Shown here one piece after another: positions 10,446-22,642 of a stretch of DNA of 44,667 nucleotides; within the stretch, counting starts at the first letter, position 1; each line of letters begins with the position of its first letter. The translations under genes and the position numbers were made by a program. The notes below the pieces were generated by a model. That model had not been told where the DNA came from and did no database searches. It saw only the letters and a program-made list of their open reading frames with translations. The DNA is from Neovahlkampfia damariscottae (taxonomy: Eukaryota). The stretch lies in the NCBI GenBank assembly GCA_016618085.1, contig JABLTG010000156.1, positions 1-44,667 of the forward strand. Direction: 5' to 3'.

Positions 10446-11652
10446 TTAAAAATCATCTTCATCAAATTCTAATGAATCATTCAATTCAATATCATCAGTC
10501 ATTAATTTTACAGGTGCTTCAATTGGTTGTAGAACTTGATTTGATTCTAATGCTTGAAGCATTTCTTCAATATCTTCATCAGATTCTTCTATCATTTCGT
10601 TTTGTTTTTGTGCTTTATTTTGTGATTTTCTTAGTTCTTCTTTTCTTGCTTCTTCTTCTTCTTGTTGTCTTTTTTCCATTTTTTTTTTCTGTGAACTTTC
10701 TTCTTTCAATAATTTTTTTCTTTTAAGTTCTTCTTGTTTAATTTTTAATTCCATCTCTTTTTTTTTTAATTCATTCTCTTTTTCTTGAATTCTAATCCTT
10801 TCTTCCTCTTCTAATCGATTCATTTCCTGTTCTTGTTGTAAAATTTCAAGTTCTTTTTTTTTCATTTCTTCTTCTTTTTGTTTAATTGCTTCTTCTTTTT
10901 CACTTTGACTTTTCTTGAAAGTGAATTCTGGTGATGATTTTTTTTTTCTTTTTTTTTCTTGTTGTTTTGTTGGTGTTTGAACTTCAATTGGAACTTTTTT
11001 TTGAGTTATTTTCCAATTCCATCTTAAAGGAGTTTTCAGCTGTTCATTTGCAACAAATTTAACAATATTATGTTTTGTAACGATCAAATGTCGAGTTATT
11101 GGTGAAGGAATATAAACTGCGTATTTTTGTAATAAAATAGCACTTCCAGGAGTTAATATAGTTGGATATAATGCTATAACTTCTTTTGAAATGGTTCCTT
11201 CAATTTCACCTTTGAGAAAAATTTAAACATTTTTTTTGTTCTTTACCTGTAGGGTCGATAAAATTTACATATGCATCAGTTTCATATCTAATAACATTTT
11301 GGATAATCAAAGGTATTTTTTTTGATATCTTTTTTGAATATCCTGCTTTATAGAGTTCTTCAATAGAGATTGTATTTTCAACTCCTTCAATTATCTCTTT
11401 CCAAGGTTTTTTATCAAATTCTTTGAAATCTGTTGGTGTTAATGGTGTTGAAGATTGTGTCATTTGAACTTGGTTTGGTTTTAAAAGGTCCAGAAGTTCA
11501 CCAGCTGGACCTGGTATATTTAAAGTTTCTTTTTCTGAGTATTTTTCGTATTGATTGAATTGTTCTTCCATAGAGTCAAGATCTTTCATAACTTCTTCTC
11601 TTCTTCTTTTTTTTATTATTTCACCAACACCTCCATCTTCTTCGTCACTCAT
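10446..11652 (-). CDS. HROB: HROB/C17orf53 (DUF4539) homologous-recombination OB-fold protein
   Basis: IPGPAG, F..KPW, and after an intron of about 11202-11247 DAYVNFIDPTGEIEGTISKEV...TPGSAILLQKYAVYIPSPITRHLIVTKHNIVKF; coiled-coil tail. Confidence 0.82.
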
Positions 11653-11736
11653 TTTTGTTTGACCAATGAAATGAACTCAAAATCGATTTGTGAAAAGAAT
11701 TCTTGTCAAAATTGGAAAAGAAGAATTTATTCATCT

Positions 11737-12532
11737 TCAAAGTTTACTTATTACTTGGGTATCTAAATCCATTTTATTGATACACTTCGTTTTCGAACTC
11801 ACAAAGGAATTTGGTGGAACAGACACCTTTTAAAAAAAATCAATCATTTGAACTACTTACCCTAACACATGTATTTCCTCCAACAGTAGTATTTGCACCC
11901 ATTGTTACATCACCAAGAACTGTTGCATTTGCATATATGGTAACATTGTCTTCAATTGTTGGATGTCTCTTAATATTCGAATGAATTTTTTTAACGTGAA
12001 CAGCACCCAGTGTAACACCTTGATAAATCTTAACATGCTGTTTAATAATAGTAGTTTCACCAATAACAACACCGGTACCATGATCAATGAAAAATGAACA
12101 ACCAATGGTCGCTCCAGGATGAATATCAATTCCAGTTTTTCCGTGAACATATTCTGACATCATTCTTGGTATAATTGGAAGTCCCATGATATAAAATTCA
12201 TGAGCTAATCTATAAATTGAAATTGCGTAAAATCCAGGATAAGTCAAATAAACTTCTTCAGTACTTTTACAAGCTGGATCATTGTCAACAAATGCTTTTG
12301 CATCATTTTCTATTTTTTGTATAATTGTAGGTATCTGTTCAGTATATAGCTTCCACATATTTTCTTTGTTTTTATACTCTAATTCATCACAGATTTCATA
12401 AAAAAGTGATTTCAAAAATTTCATTTCTTCCTGTCTTCTTTTTTCATTGTCAAATAGAGCATAGAACATTCCTTTGGTGAATTTTTTCATTTTTTGACGG
12501 AGTCTAACGTTATATCTTTTTTGTTCACTCAT
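11737..12532 (-). CDS. cysE: serine O-acetyltransferase (bacterial EpsC/CysE type) with C-terminal SKL
   Basis: [51 protein letters not shown]. Intron 11827-11860 restores [11 protein letters not shown]...QVISKL*. Confidence 0.95.
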
Positions 12533-12633
12533 CTTTTTGGTATCGGAGATGTTTGCTAAATTTAACCAATCGTAAACAATTTACCATTCTTAGCAACTCC
12601 GAAAAACTAACAAATACCCAACCTAACTGTTCA
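12533..12633. promoter_or_regulatory. putative bidirectional promoter of the SAT / cysteine synthase pair
   Basis: 101 nt between divergent ATGs, containing CCAATC at 12566-12571. Confidence 0.6.
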
Positions 12634-13565
12634 ATGAACGAAACACAAATCACAGGAATCTTAGAACAAATCGGAAATACTCCTTTAGTTGCTACAAGAA
12701 ATTTAATAAAGAATGAAAAAATTAAATTGTTTTTAAAATTAGAAGGAAATAATCCTGGTGGATCAGTTAAAGACAGACCAGCATATAACATGATTAATGA
12801 AGCTCTAAAACGTGGTGATTTTAAAAAAGGTGATACACTCATTGAAGCAACATCAGGAAATACAGGAATTGCTTTAGCATTAATTGCTCAACTCTTAGAC
12901 TTAAAAATGATCATTGTGATGCCAAAAAATGCAACAAGTGAAAGAGTTAAATCTTTAAAAGCATTTGGTGCTGAAGTTATTTTAACTGAAGGAGGTATTG
13001 TTGGAGCCAGAGATGTTGCTCTTGAACTTCATAAAGAAAAAGGATATTATATGTTAAACCAATTCGCTAATGACGATAACTGGAAAGCTCATTATAAAAC
13101 GACAGGTCCTGAAATTTGGGAGAAAACTGAAGGCAAAATTACTCATTTTGTCAGTGCTATGGGCACTACTGGTACAATAGTTTGTTATTTTTCTATGAAA
13201 CTAACATTTGGAATTAGATGGGTGTTTCAACTTTTCTCAAAGAAAAAAATGAAAAAATTAAAATCATTGGTGCTCAACCAAAAGAAGGATCACAAATTCC
13301 TGGAATTAGAAAATGGCCAACAGAGTACTTACCAAAAATTTATGATGAAAAAAAAGTTGATCAATTAATTGAAGTTTCTTCAGAAGAAGCAAAAGCTATG
13401 ACTCAAAGATTAGCGAAAGAAGAAGGTATTTTTGGAGGTCATAGTAGTGGTGCTTCCGTTCATTGTGCTTTAAAATTGGCTGACACTCTTGAAGAAGGTG
13501 TAATTGTTGCTGTAATTTGTGATCGTGGTGATAGATATCTATCATCTGACTTATTTGACGAATAA
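12634..13565 (+). CDS. cysM: cysteine synthase B (O-acetylserine sulfhydrylase, CysM type)
   Basis: IGNTPLV, KLEGNNPGGSVKDRPA (PLP lysine), EATSGNTG, MGTTGT, IPGIRKWP, CDRGDRYLSS; intron 13180-13217 with CTAAC branch point. Confidence 0.95.
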
Positions 13566-13679
13566 AATTCAAATTAAATCTACTTGAATATCCATCTTCT
13601 TTTATGAAAAATGATAAGTTCAAAGAGAAGAACTCAATCAGAAATTGACCAATTATCATCACAAAAGAATTGATTCTGT

Positions 13680-14610
13680 TTATTCAATTTTATCATGTTC
13701 CCAATGTTCAGTGCAGCTTAAATATCCTTTATCCATTGCGTTGATTTTTTCCATATCTTCTTTTGAGATTTCAAAATCAAAAACATTTGAATTGGATTTG
13801 ATTCTTTCTTCAGAAATTGATTTTGGAATAGTGATAAAACCTCTTTGTAATGCCCATCTGACACAAATTTGAGCAACAGTTTTTTTGTAACCTTCTGCAA
13901 TTTTTATCATTGCTTCATCTTTCAAGATGTGACCTCTTGAGAAAGGACCCCAACCTACAGAGACATTAGTTCATTTCTGGATATACCTTCAACAACAATT
14001 CCATGTTTTTTACATGATTCCAATTGTGATTTTCTTTGATTCCAAGGATGAAGTTCAATTTGATTCATATGTGGTTTTATTTTTGCATAACTTACTAAAT
14101 CTTCAATATGACTTCCATGATAACTATTTTAAGCATATTAAATCTAATATTATGATTTTACTTGCTAACTCCGATGGATTTGACTTTTCCTTCTGAATAG
14201 AGTTTTTCAAAATCTAACCAAGCTTTTTTTCTCATTGATTTGTAATCCAAATTTTGACCTGGAATACCAGGAGCATGGAGTAAAATACAGTCAATATAAT
14301 CCACTTGAAGATTTTTTAAACTTTCTTCCACGCATGAATAAGCTTTTTCAAAATTTGGAGGAAAAATTTTTGTTGTGATAAAAATTTTTTTTCTGTCAAT
14401 TTTGGAATCTAAAATAGCCTTTCCAACTTGATTTTCATTTCCATAATCTTGGGCAGTGTCAATATGAATGTATCCATTCTTTAAAGCAAGTAGAACTGAG
14501 TTGTAACAATCATCTCCTTTACTGAGGTATGTTCCAAGTCCAAAAATTGGTATTTCGACACCATTTGAGAATTTAGTTGTTGATTCAATGTTTTTGATTT
14601 CAAAGCTCAT
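13680..14610 (-). CDS. aldo-keto reductase, copy 1
   Basis: GLGTY, HIDTAQDY, ITTKI, LLHAP, SIGVSN, NQIELHPW, IPKS; two short introns. Confidence 0.95.
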
Positions 14611-14640
14611 GTTGACGTTTTGGAATGATGAAGTAAGTTT

Positions 14641-14654
14641 GATTGGTCAAATTT
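14641..14654 (-). promoter_or_regulatory. CCAAT box upstream of AKR copy 1
   Basis: GATTGGTCAAATTT here and at 15779; GATTGG also at 16943 before copy 3. Confidence 0.6.
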
Positions 14655-14794
14655 TATTTGGAACATAAATATTTTTAGTTTCCAAACCATTCAAACTTCC
14701 CATATCAATTTTCTATTTCTTTCTTGGAAAATAGTGTCTAAAGCGTCATGTTTGTAACTAAATAAAATTGAAATTATTAAAAAATAATCAGAAT

Positions 14795-15729
14795 TTATTC
14801 AATTTTATCATGTTCCCAATGTTCAGTTCCACTTAAATGTCCTTTATCCATTGCGTTGATTTTTTCCATATCTTCTTTTGAGATTTCAAAATCAAAAACA
14901 TTTGAATTGGATTTGATTCTTTCTTCAGAAATTGATTTTGGAATAGTGATAAAACCTCTTTGTAATGCCCATCTGACACAAATTTGAGCAACAGTTTTTT
15001 TGTAACCTTCTGCAATTTTTTGTAATTCTTCATCTTTTAAAATTTGACCTTTAGCAAATGGACCCCAACCTAAAATAGAATTTAATATGTTTTTGTACAA
15101 ACCTTCAACAACAATTCCATGTTTTTTACATGATTCTAATTGTGGTTTTCTTTGATTCCAAGGATGAAGTTCAATTTGATTCATATGTGGTTTGACCTTT
15201 GCATAACTAACTAAATCTTCAATGTGCTTTGCATGATAACTATTTTATGAGAATTAATTCCGAAAAAAAAACTGGTTTACTTGCTAATTCCGATGGATTT
15301 TGTTAAACCTTCTTCGTATGCTTGTTCCAAACCTGCCCATGCTTTTTTTCTCATTGATTTGAAGTCTTCTTGTTTACCTGGGAAACCCGGACAATGAAGT
15401 AATACACAATCAACATATTCAAGTTGAAGTTTTTTTAAACATTCCTTCAATGCTTCATATGATTTTTCATAGTTGTGTGTGAAAATTTTTGTGGTGACAA
15501 AAAGTTTCTTTCTTTCGATACCAGAATCTACAATAGCTTTTCCAACTTGTTCTTCGTTTTGATAAACTTCAGCTGTATCAATGTGAATGTAACCATTTTT
15601 TAAAGCAGTTAAAACTGAGTTGTAACAATCATCTCCTTTGCTGAGATAAGTTCCAAGTCCAAAAATTGGTATTTCAACACCATTTGGAAGTTTAGTTTTT
15701 GATTCAATGTTTTTAATTTCAAAAGTCAT
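14795..15729 (-). CDS. aldo-keto reductase, copy 2
   Basis: Same motifs (HIDTAEVY, VTTKI, LLHCP) and same two intron positions. Confidence 0.95.
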
Positions 15730-15967
15730 GAGCTGTGTTGAGGGTTTTTTTCGGTTGTGAATTGTTGAAGTAAAAGTTGATTGGTCAAATTTATAATCAA
15801 CTCCGATGTGCTCCGATGATGACTGATTGGACCACGTAACACAACAGAAATCATACGATTTATAGACTCAAGTTATTAAAAATGAAAAAATACAAACTAT
15901 GAAAGAAATCGAAGAGATCCAAAATTTCAGACCAAAAGAAGAAAATGACTAAATAATTGAAAATTGT

Positions 15968-16895
15968 TTATTCAATTTTGTCATGTTCCCACGCTTCAGC
16001 ACATAAATATCCTTTATCCATTGCGTTGATTTTTTCCATATCTTCTTTTGAGATTTCAAAATCAAAAACATTTGAATTGGATTTGATTCTTTCTTCAGAA
16101 ATTGATTTTGGAATAGTGATAAAACCTCTTTGTAATGCCCATCTGACACAAATTTGAGCAACAGTTTTTTTGTAACCTTCTGCAATTTTTATCATTGCTT
16201 CATCTGTCAAGATTTTGCCTTGTACAAATGGACCCCAACCTAAATTCATGTTAATGCATTCATATAGGTACCTTCAACAACAATTCCATGTTTTTTACAT
16301 GATTCCAATTGTGATTTTCTTTGATTCCAAGGATGAAGTTCAATTTGATTCATATGTGGTTTTATTTTTGCATAACTTACTAAATCTTCAATATGACTTC
16401 CATGATAACTATTTTAAACATATTAAATCTAATATTATGATTTTACTTGCTAATTCCGATGGATTTTGTTTTTCCTTCTTCGTATGCTTGTTCCAAACCT
16501 GCCCATGCTTCTTTTCTCAATGATTTGAAGTCTTCTTGTTTACCAGGAAATCCAGGTGCATGTAATAACACACAATCAACATATTCAAGTTGAAGTTTTT
16601 TCAAACTTTCTTGAACTGTTTCATATGCTTTGTCGAAACTGCTGACAAAAACTTTTGTTGTGATAAATAATTTTTTTCTGTCAACACCAGAGTCAATAAT
16701 TGCTTTTCCAACTTGTTCTTCATTTCCATAAATTTGAGCAGTGTCAATATGAATGTATCCATTCTTTAAAGCAAGTAGAACTGAGTTGTAACAATCATCT
16801 CCTTTACTGAGGTATGTTCCAAGTCCAAAAATTGGTATTTCAACACCATTTGGAAGTTTAGTTTTTGATTCAATGTTTTTAATTTCAAAAGTCAT
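15968..16895 (-). CDS. aldo-keto reductase, copy 3
   Basis: Same motifs (HIDTAQIY, ITTKV, LLHAP) and same two intron positions. Confidence 0.95.
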
Positions 16896-17020
16896 GGTGT
16901 GCTGAGTTTTTGTTGTGTTAATTTTGTTTAAAAAAAGTTAATGATTGGACTAAATATTCTCAAACTCCGATGAAGGATGATTGGATAATGATGAACAGAA
17001 ATTCCTACAAAATTGATTTT

Positions 17021-18586
17021 TTATTTAGGATCTACAATATTAAAAGTATCTAAAACAATCGCAGTTGTACATATAATTCCCAGAATTGTGCATAAAATGG
17101 CTGAACAAATACCTGCAATTTTCCAAATAATTTTTGGATGATGTTTTGCCAATAAAACACCAGGATAAACTGTAAATTGTATTAATTTCAATAATTTAAC
17201 TTACTGAAAACCACTAAACTTCCGGTGGTAGCCCCTGTAAGTCCAAAAACGACTGTAATATTTGGAATAAAAACAGCCAAACCGTAACTCACGGAGCATA
17301 ATAATGCAGCTTCTAAAATCCATCGAGTCCATGAAAACTCCCATCCATTGAAGAAAATATCCTCAATAGAATCTCTACAACAAAAATGAATCATTGGAAA
17401 TGATAAAATAATAACTAAAACAATAGCTAATTTCGCGATTGTCATCATTAAGTCTCCTGAATCTGTAAAATTCTTTAAAATATTATCTGACAAATCATAT
17501 TAATTTTCCAATGAAAAATCGAACCTTCTGTTGCATCAGTGAATAGAATATAACCAGCAGATCCCATTGAAAAATATAGAACTGAAAAAGGATTAAAATT
17601 TGAACAATCTTCTTACATGCTGCGAAGAAAATTTGAATAACGACTAATACTGTCATTTTATAAGGATTTCTATTTTTCAAGTCCTTGTAACTTGGAAGCT
17701 AAAACGAAAAAATTAAACCTATCAAAATTTGTTTTACCATTGTAACAATAGCACCATATGCAAAGAATAAAATTGGAATAGCAAAGAAAATCTTGATAAA
17801 ATTTGTTTCAAAGAACATAACTTTTGACCAATCAATTTCTCCATTTGATATTGCCATAATGCACTTGATAACAACTGCTAAAATGGCATATAAAGCACTA
17901 CAAATTGAAAAAACACTTCAAATTTATAATAATAAATAAAAATTCAAAAAATACCTTGTGTATGATAAAAATGAGATATGTCTCAAACAGCATAATGGAA
18001 ATATAATCATTATTTGAATCAACAACAAAAAAATTTCGATTGGAATTAATTTAACTCCAATAGCTTTGCAAACTTGAATGAAAACAGGATATCCTAATTG
18101 TCCAATAACTACAGTGTAACCAACAATTCCTCCAACATTGAATAATAAATTGGTTCCTTCGAATACATTTCCGACATGTTTGTTGAAAACAACAACAGCA
18201 ATCTCTTTAAATGAAAACTTTTTTGTTTTTTCTGAAAGATATATCATCGCTGTATAGTTGAAACATGCTAAAAAGCACACAAATATAAGTAACAAAGGTC
18301 CTAAAATTAATCCTGCTCGAAATGCGAATGGTAAAGAGAGTAAACCAGCACCAACTTGAAGTTTTTAGTTTAATTAAATCGAAACTTGTTGTATTTAAGA
18401 CATTGAAAAATGCTTGAAAACGTTTATGTGTGTTAAATTTTTACCTTGAAAATAATTTCCTTTTCCTATTGGTGTTCCATCTTCATCAAAATCACCTTTC
18501 AATGAATCTGTATCTTCATAAATGTTAGCAACAGGAATTATGATACTGTCGGTCTCGTTGATCAGTTGTTGTTTTTCCGAAGACAT
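17021..18586 (-). CDS. amino acid transporter, AAAP/SLC38 family, multi-intron
   Basis: VGAGLLSLPFAFRAG, FPLCCLRHISFL, IPILFFAY, NILKNF, SFPMIHFCCR, VFGLTGAT; many hydrophobic segments. Confidence 0.9.
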
Positions 18587-18730
18587 TCACAAACAAGCAA
18601 CCAACCAATAAAAACAAATTCGAATGGGTTAAAAAGGCAAGACTTTTTCATTTCATTTTTTATTTAAAAATACGTGTATTTTGTCAAATTTAAAAGCAGA
18701 ATGGAAAAAAAAAAATTCGTCCAATTAAAA

Positions 18731-19988
18731 ATGTCTTCAGCTTCAGTTTGTTCTTTTTTGGATGGACACTTAACGTTACAAATTTTAAATTTTTTCATTG
18801 AAAAAGAGATTTATCCAAAGGAAGAAGTTATCAAATCAAAAGTATCAATTTTACAAAAAACAAAACTTTTTTCAGAAATTAGAAAATATTCACCTGCTGA
18901 TTATGACGAAACAAAAGTGAAAGAAACAGAGGATTTATTAAAAAAATTTGAATCAGACTATCAAAAAACACCTTCAGAAAAAGCAGACCAACTTTTATTA
19001 TTAGACTATTCAAAATTAGCTTATGAAACTGGAAATTACCAAAAATCATATGATTTACTTGTTCATTATAAAAAGGTTACAACAGATAATGAAAAGTTAT
19101 TAGGTACTTTTTGGGGTCGTTTTGCTTCTTGTCTTATGCTCAAAGATTATACAAAAGCATTTCAAGAATATCAACTTTTAAAAGATGCTATTGAAACAAC
19201 AGATGAAGATGATTTTAATCATCGTACTTGGTTATTAAATTGGAGTTTATTCTTATTCTTTAATCTTCCAAATGGAAAAGATTTATTGGTTGATCTTTAT
19301 ATGACAGAAAGGTAAAAGAAAACTTGTTTTAATCTTTTTTTTATGATAGAAATATGGATATGATTCATACAAATTCAACTCATTTATTGAGATATTTGGC
19401 TGTTGTTTCAGTTTTAGGTTACAAAATGAGAGAAATTAAAGAGTTAGTTAGAATTTTGAACAAGAAAAACACACTTTTTAAAAACAACGCAGTATTAAAC
19501 TTTATTGAAGAACTTTATGTTAATGTTGACATTGAAAAAGCAATTTCAAAAATTGAAGATTGTGAAAAAGAGTTGAAGACAGATTACTTCCTTCATTCAT
19601 TGACAGGTTTGATTTTTTTTTTTTTTTCATTATTAGATGAATTCTTGAAGAAAGCAAAACAATTAGTTTTTGAAACAAATTGTAGAATTTTCAATACTAC
19701 AGATATTTCGTATGTTAAAACAAAATTTTAAATTTTTTCAAGTGAATTTGTTGGTAAATTAAAAGTAAGTCAAAATGGAGAAGAATTTGCAAAAGAAGTG
19801 ATTGAAAAAGCTCAATTAAATGCGAAAGTTGAATCTGGAAAAGTGCACATTCATTTTACAGCATCAAAAATGTTAGTTTTATTTTTTTTAAATAATTTGA
19901 TAGAAATGAATTGATGAAAGAAAAGAAAGAATTAATTGCAACTAAAACTCTTGAAATTGAAGAATTTTTGAAAAATAAAAAAAAATAA
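18731..19988 (+). CDS. EIF3E: translation initiation factor 3 subunit E (INT6), PCI domain
   Basis: FLDGHLTLQILNF, KLAYETGNY, FWGRFASCLM, HRTWLLNWSLFLFFN, HLLRYLAV, FIEELYVNVD, DYFL. Confidence 0.88.
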
Positions 19989-20183
19989 TTTTTCCGAACC
20001 AATAATTTTCTTTGGAATTATTTCCAAAAAAAAAAAAAGGGATTATTTCCTTAATTCATTTTTAAAAAATAATAAATTTTGAAAAAGTTGACCGTTTCTC
20101 ATCAGCCAATCAAAATAAATCAGCCGTTTAGATTTTAGTCCAATTATTTTGTTTATTTTTCAAAAACCCGGTTCAACTTAAAA

Positions 20184-22601
20184 ATGAGTGATTATTCCGA
20201 CGACGAAGAAGAAAAACCAAAGTCATGTATGGGACGTTGTTGTTATAACCTCATTTGTTGTTGTTTCAAATGTTGTTGTCCTCCAAATAGAGACGGAAAA
20301 TACGAATCAGAACATTCTGGTAAAATTAAACAAGAGATTTAATTTTTCAACAGGTGAAGAAAGTGCTGGTGAAGGCTGGCCAAATTTCAGCAAGAATGTA
20401 GATAAAAACATCGATGGTCGAAAAGGTGAAAGAACTGTCATACAACACAGTCACAATTTGACAAGAGTAAGAAAATCAAGAAGATGGATTGGTTGTTTTA
20501 TTGATTCACCTTGTTTTATTTTCTTCCTTTCTTTCATATTTGTTGGATTTGGTATCGGTATTTACGGTTTCAATTCTGGAAATATTGAAAGAATTTATTT
20601 ACCAACAGATTACACTGGAAGATATTGTGGTGCTGATAATCGTGATAGACCTGTTGGTACTATATTATTTCCTGGTAATCAGGATTGTATAAATTCACAA
20701 GCTTCAACTTACAATCAAACTGCTATTTTACTTTGTTCTGCTGCTGTTCAAGTTGCTAGAGTTGATTTAACTGATCAAAAATATTTATGGTTCATGGATA
20801 TTATTGATGGTTCATTCATTTATGGAGGTGTTTGTGTCAGTTATTGTCCTGGTGCAGGTAACACAGCTCAAAGTTTTTGTCCACCTGAATTGAATTCAAC
20901 TGTCTTTTTACAACAAAATTTAGTTGATCCGAAATATTTTACCTATTGTTCATATATACGTCAAGATAGACCAAATATTACTTTTCCACGTATTTCATAA
21001 AAAAAAAAAAAAAAATTTAACACTTTCTTTTTTAAGGTGGTCAAATTGATACAATTTTAGAATCTTCATTCACTTATAAACCAATACTTCAAAGATGTAT
21101 TCCTACTTTTAAATATGGAAATCTCTCACAAGTACCTGGTGTTTCAGTTGCCCAAAGTGTACTTGGAGATGCTTTGACAGTTGGAACAAATATTTGGTCC
21201 GATGTTATTAAAAATTGGGCTGTTTTAGTTTTAGCTATTCCTGCTGCTTTAGTTTTATCATATTTGTATTTGGTATTTTTAAGATTTTTTGCTGGACTCG
21301 TTATTTGGACAAGTTTAGCTATTTTATTCTTTGCTTTAGAAGCTCTTGGCGGATTTTTCATTTGGCAAGGATATACAACATGGCAAGAAAATATTGCATT
21401 AGAATTAAGTGTAGTCATGCCACAAGTCTTTTTCTATTCTGGAATTGTCATTTGTTGTATTGGTGTTGCTTATTTGGGTTTAGTTGTTTTATTAGTTCTT
21501 CGTGTTAGAAAAGCAATTGGTATTATACAAGAAGCTTCAAGAGCGATTGGATCAATGCCTGAAATTGGAACAGTTCCATTCTTTGTTGCTGCTACTTTAG
21601 TACTTTATGCAACTTATTGGGTTACTGCTGCCTTGTATTTATGGACAAATGGAAATGCTGAAATTCAAGAATTCACAGTAAGATATGCATTATCAATCCA
21701 AGGACAAATTTTATTTTATATGCATATATTTTCATTCTTATGGGTCTCACAATGGTTATTTTCATTTTCAACTGTTGTTATTGCAGGATCTATTGGATCA
21801 TGGTATTGGAGAAGAGATAAAAGAATGTTTGATCCAAGAGCATATTACGTTTTACATTCATTAAAACGTACATTATTCTATTCACTTGGAACTATTTCAT
21901 TTGGTTCATTTATTGTTGCTGTTATTCAAATGATTAGAATTTTATTTGAAAAAGCTTATAGTGAATTGAAGAAAGGAATGATGGAAAACAAAATTGCAAA
22001 ATATGTTGTTTGGGCAGTTAGAATTTTCTTATGGGTTTTTGAAATGGTTGTTAAATTCATTAATAAACATGCTTATGTACAACATGCTTTATATGGAACT
22101 CCATTTATTAAAAGTGCTGGAAATGCTTTTACAATTTTAACAAGAAACTTTTTACAAGTTGGAGTTTTACAAACATTGACTACCATTAGTGTATTAATGG
22201 GAAAAATCTTAGTTAGTGTTTTGGTAGCAGGTTGTGGTTGGGGTGTTTCCTATGCAGGTTGGTTTCAAATTACAAACAGCACAAGATCATCATCACAATC
22301 ACCAATTGCTATTGCTCTTTTATGTTTTATTCTTGCATTTTTAGTTGCTTCTGTTTTTCTTTCAATTGTTGATGCTGCTATTGATACAATTTTACAATGT
22401 TTCTTGATGGATGATGAAATGTGTTATAATGATCCTGATAGAAAACCTTATTGTACAAAGAATTTAAGTAGATTCATTGAAGAACATCGATTCCTTTCTA
22501 AATTAGATAAATTAGTTTGTCAATGTTGTTGTTGTTGTAAATCATGTCAAACAGGAGCTGGAGAAATTGATCCTGGTGAACATATGATGGGAGGTGGATA
22601 A
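20184..22601 (+). CDS. choline transporter-like protein (CTL/SLC44)
   Basis: RIYLPTDYTGRYCG, CVSYCP, AIGIIQEASRA, SLGTISFGSFIVA, KFINKHAY, AIDTILQCFLMD; introns about 20320-20353 and 20989-21036. Confidence 0.92.
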
Positions 22602-22642
22602 AATAAAACATATCTTTTTAAATAAAATCAAAGTTTTTTTTT

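Larger units (their letters stand above)
13680..16895 (-). repeat. three-copy tandem duplication, about 1.1 kb unit
   Basis: Long identical nucleotide tracts shared among the three AKR genes, e.g. the last exon tcctttatccattgcg...ccttctgcaattttt. Confidence 0.95.

Noticed and set aside
12525..12842. Minus-strand 105 aa ORF, and the TTG-started extension of cysteine synthase from 12553
   Set aside because: The first is antisense to cysM. The extension covers the CCAAT spacer, and ATG 12634 fits the family start.
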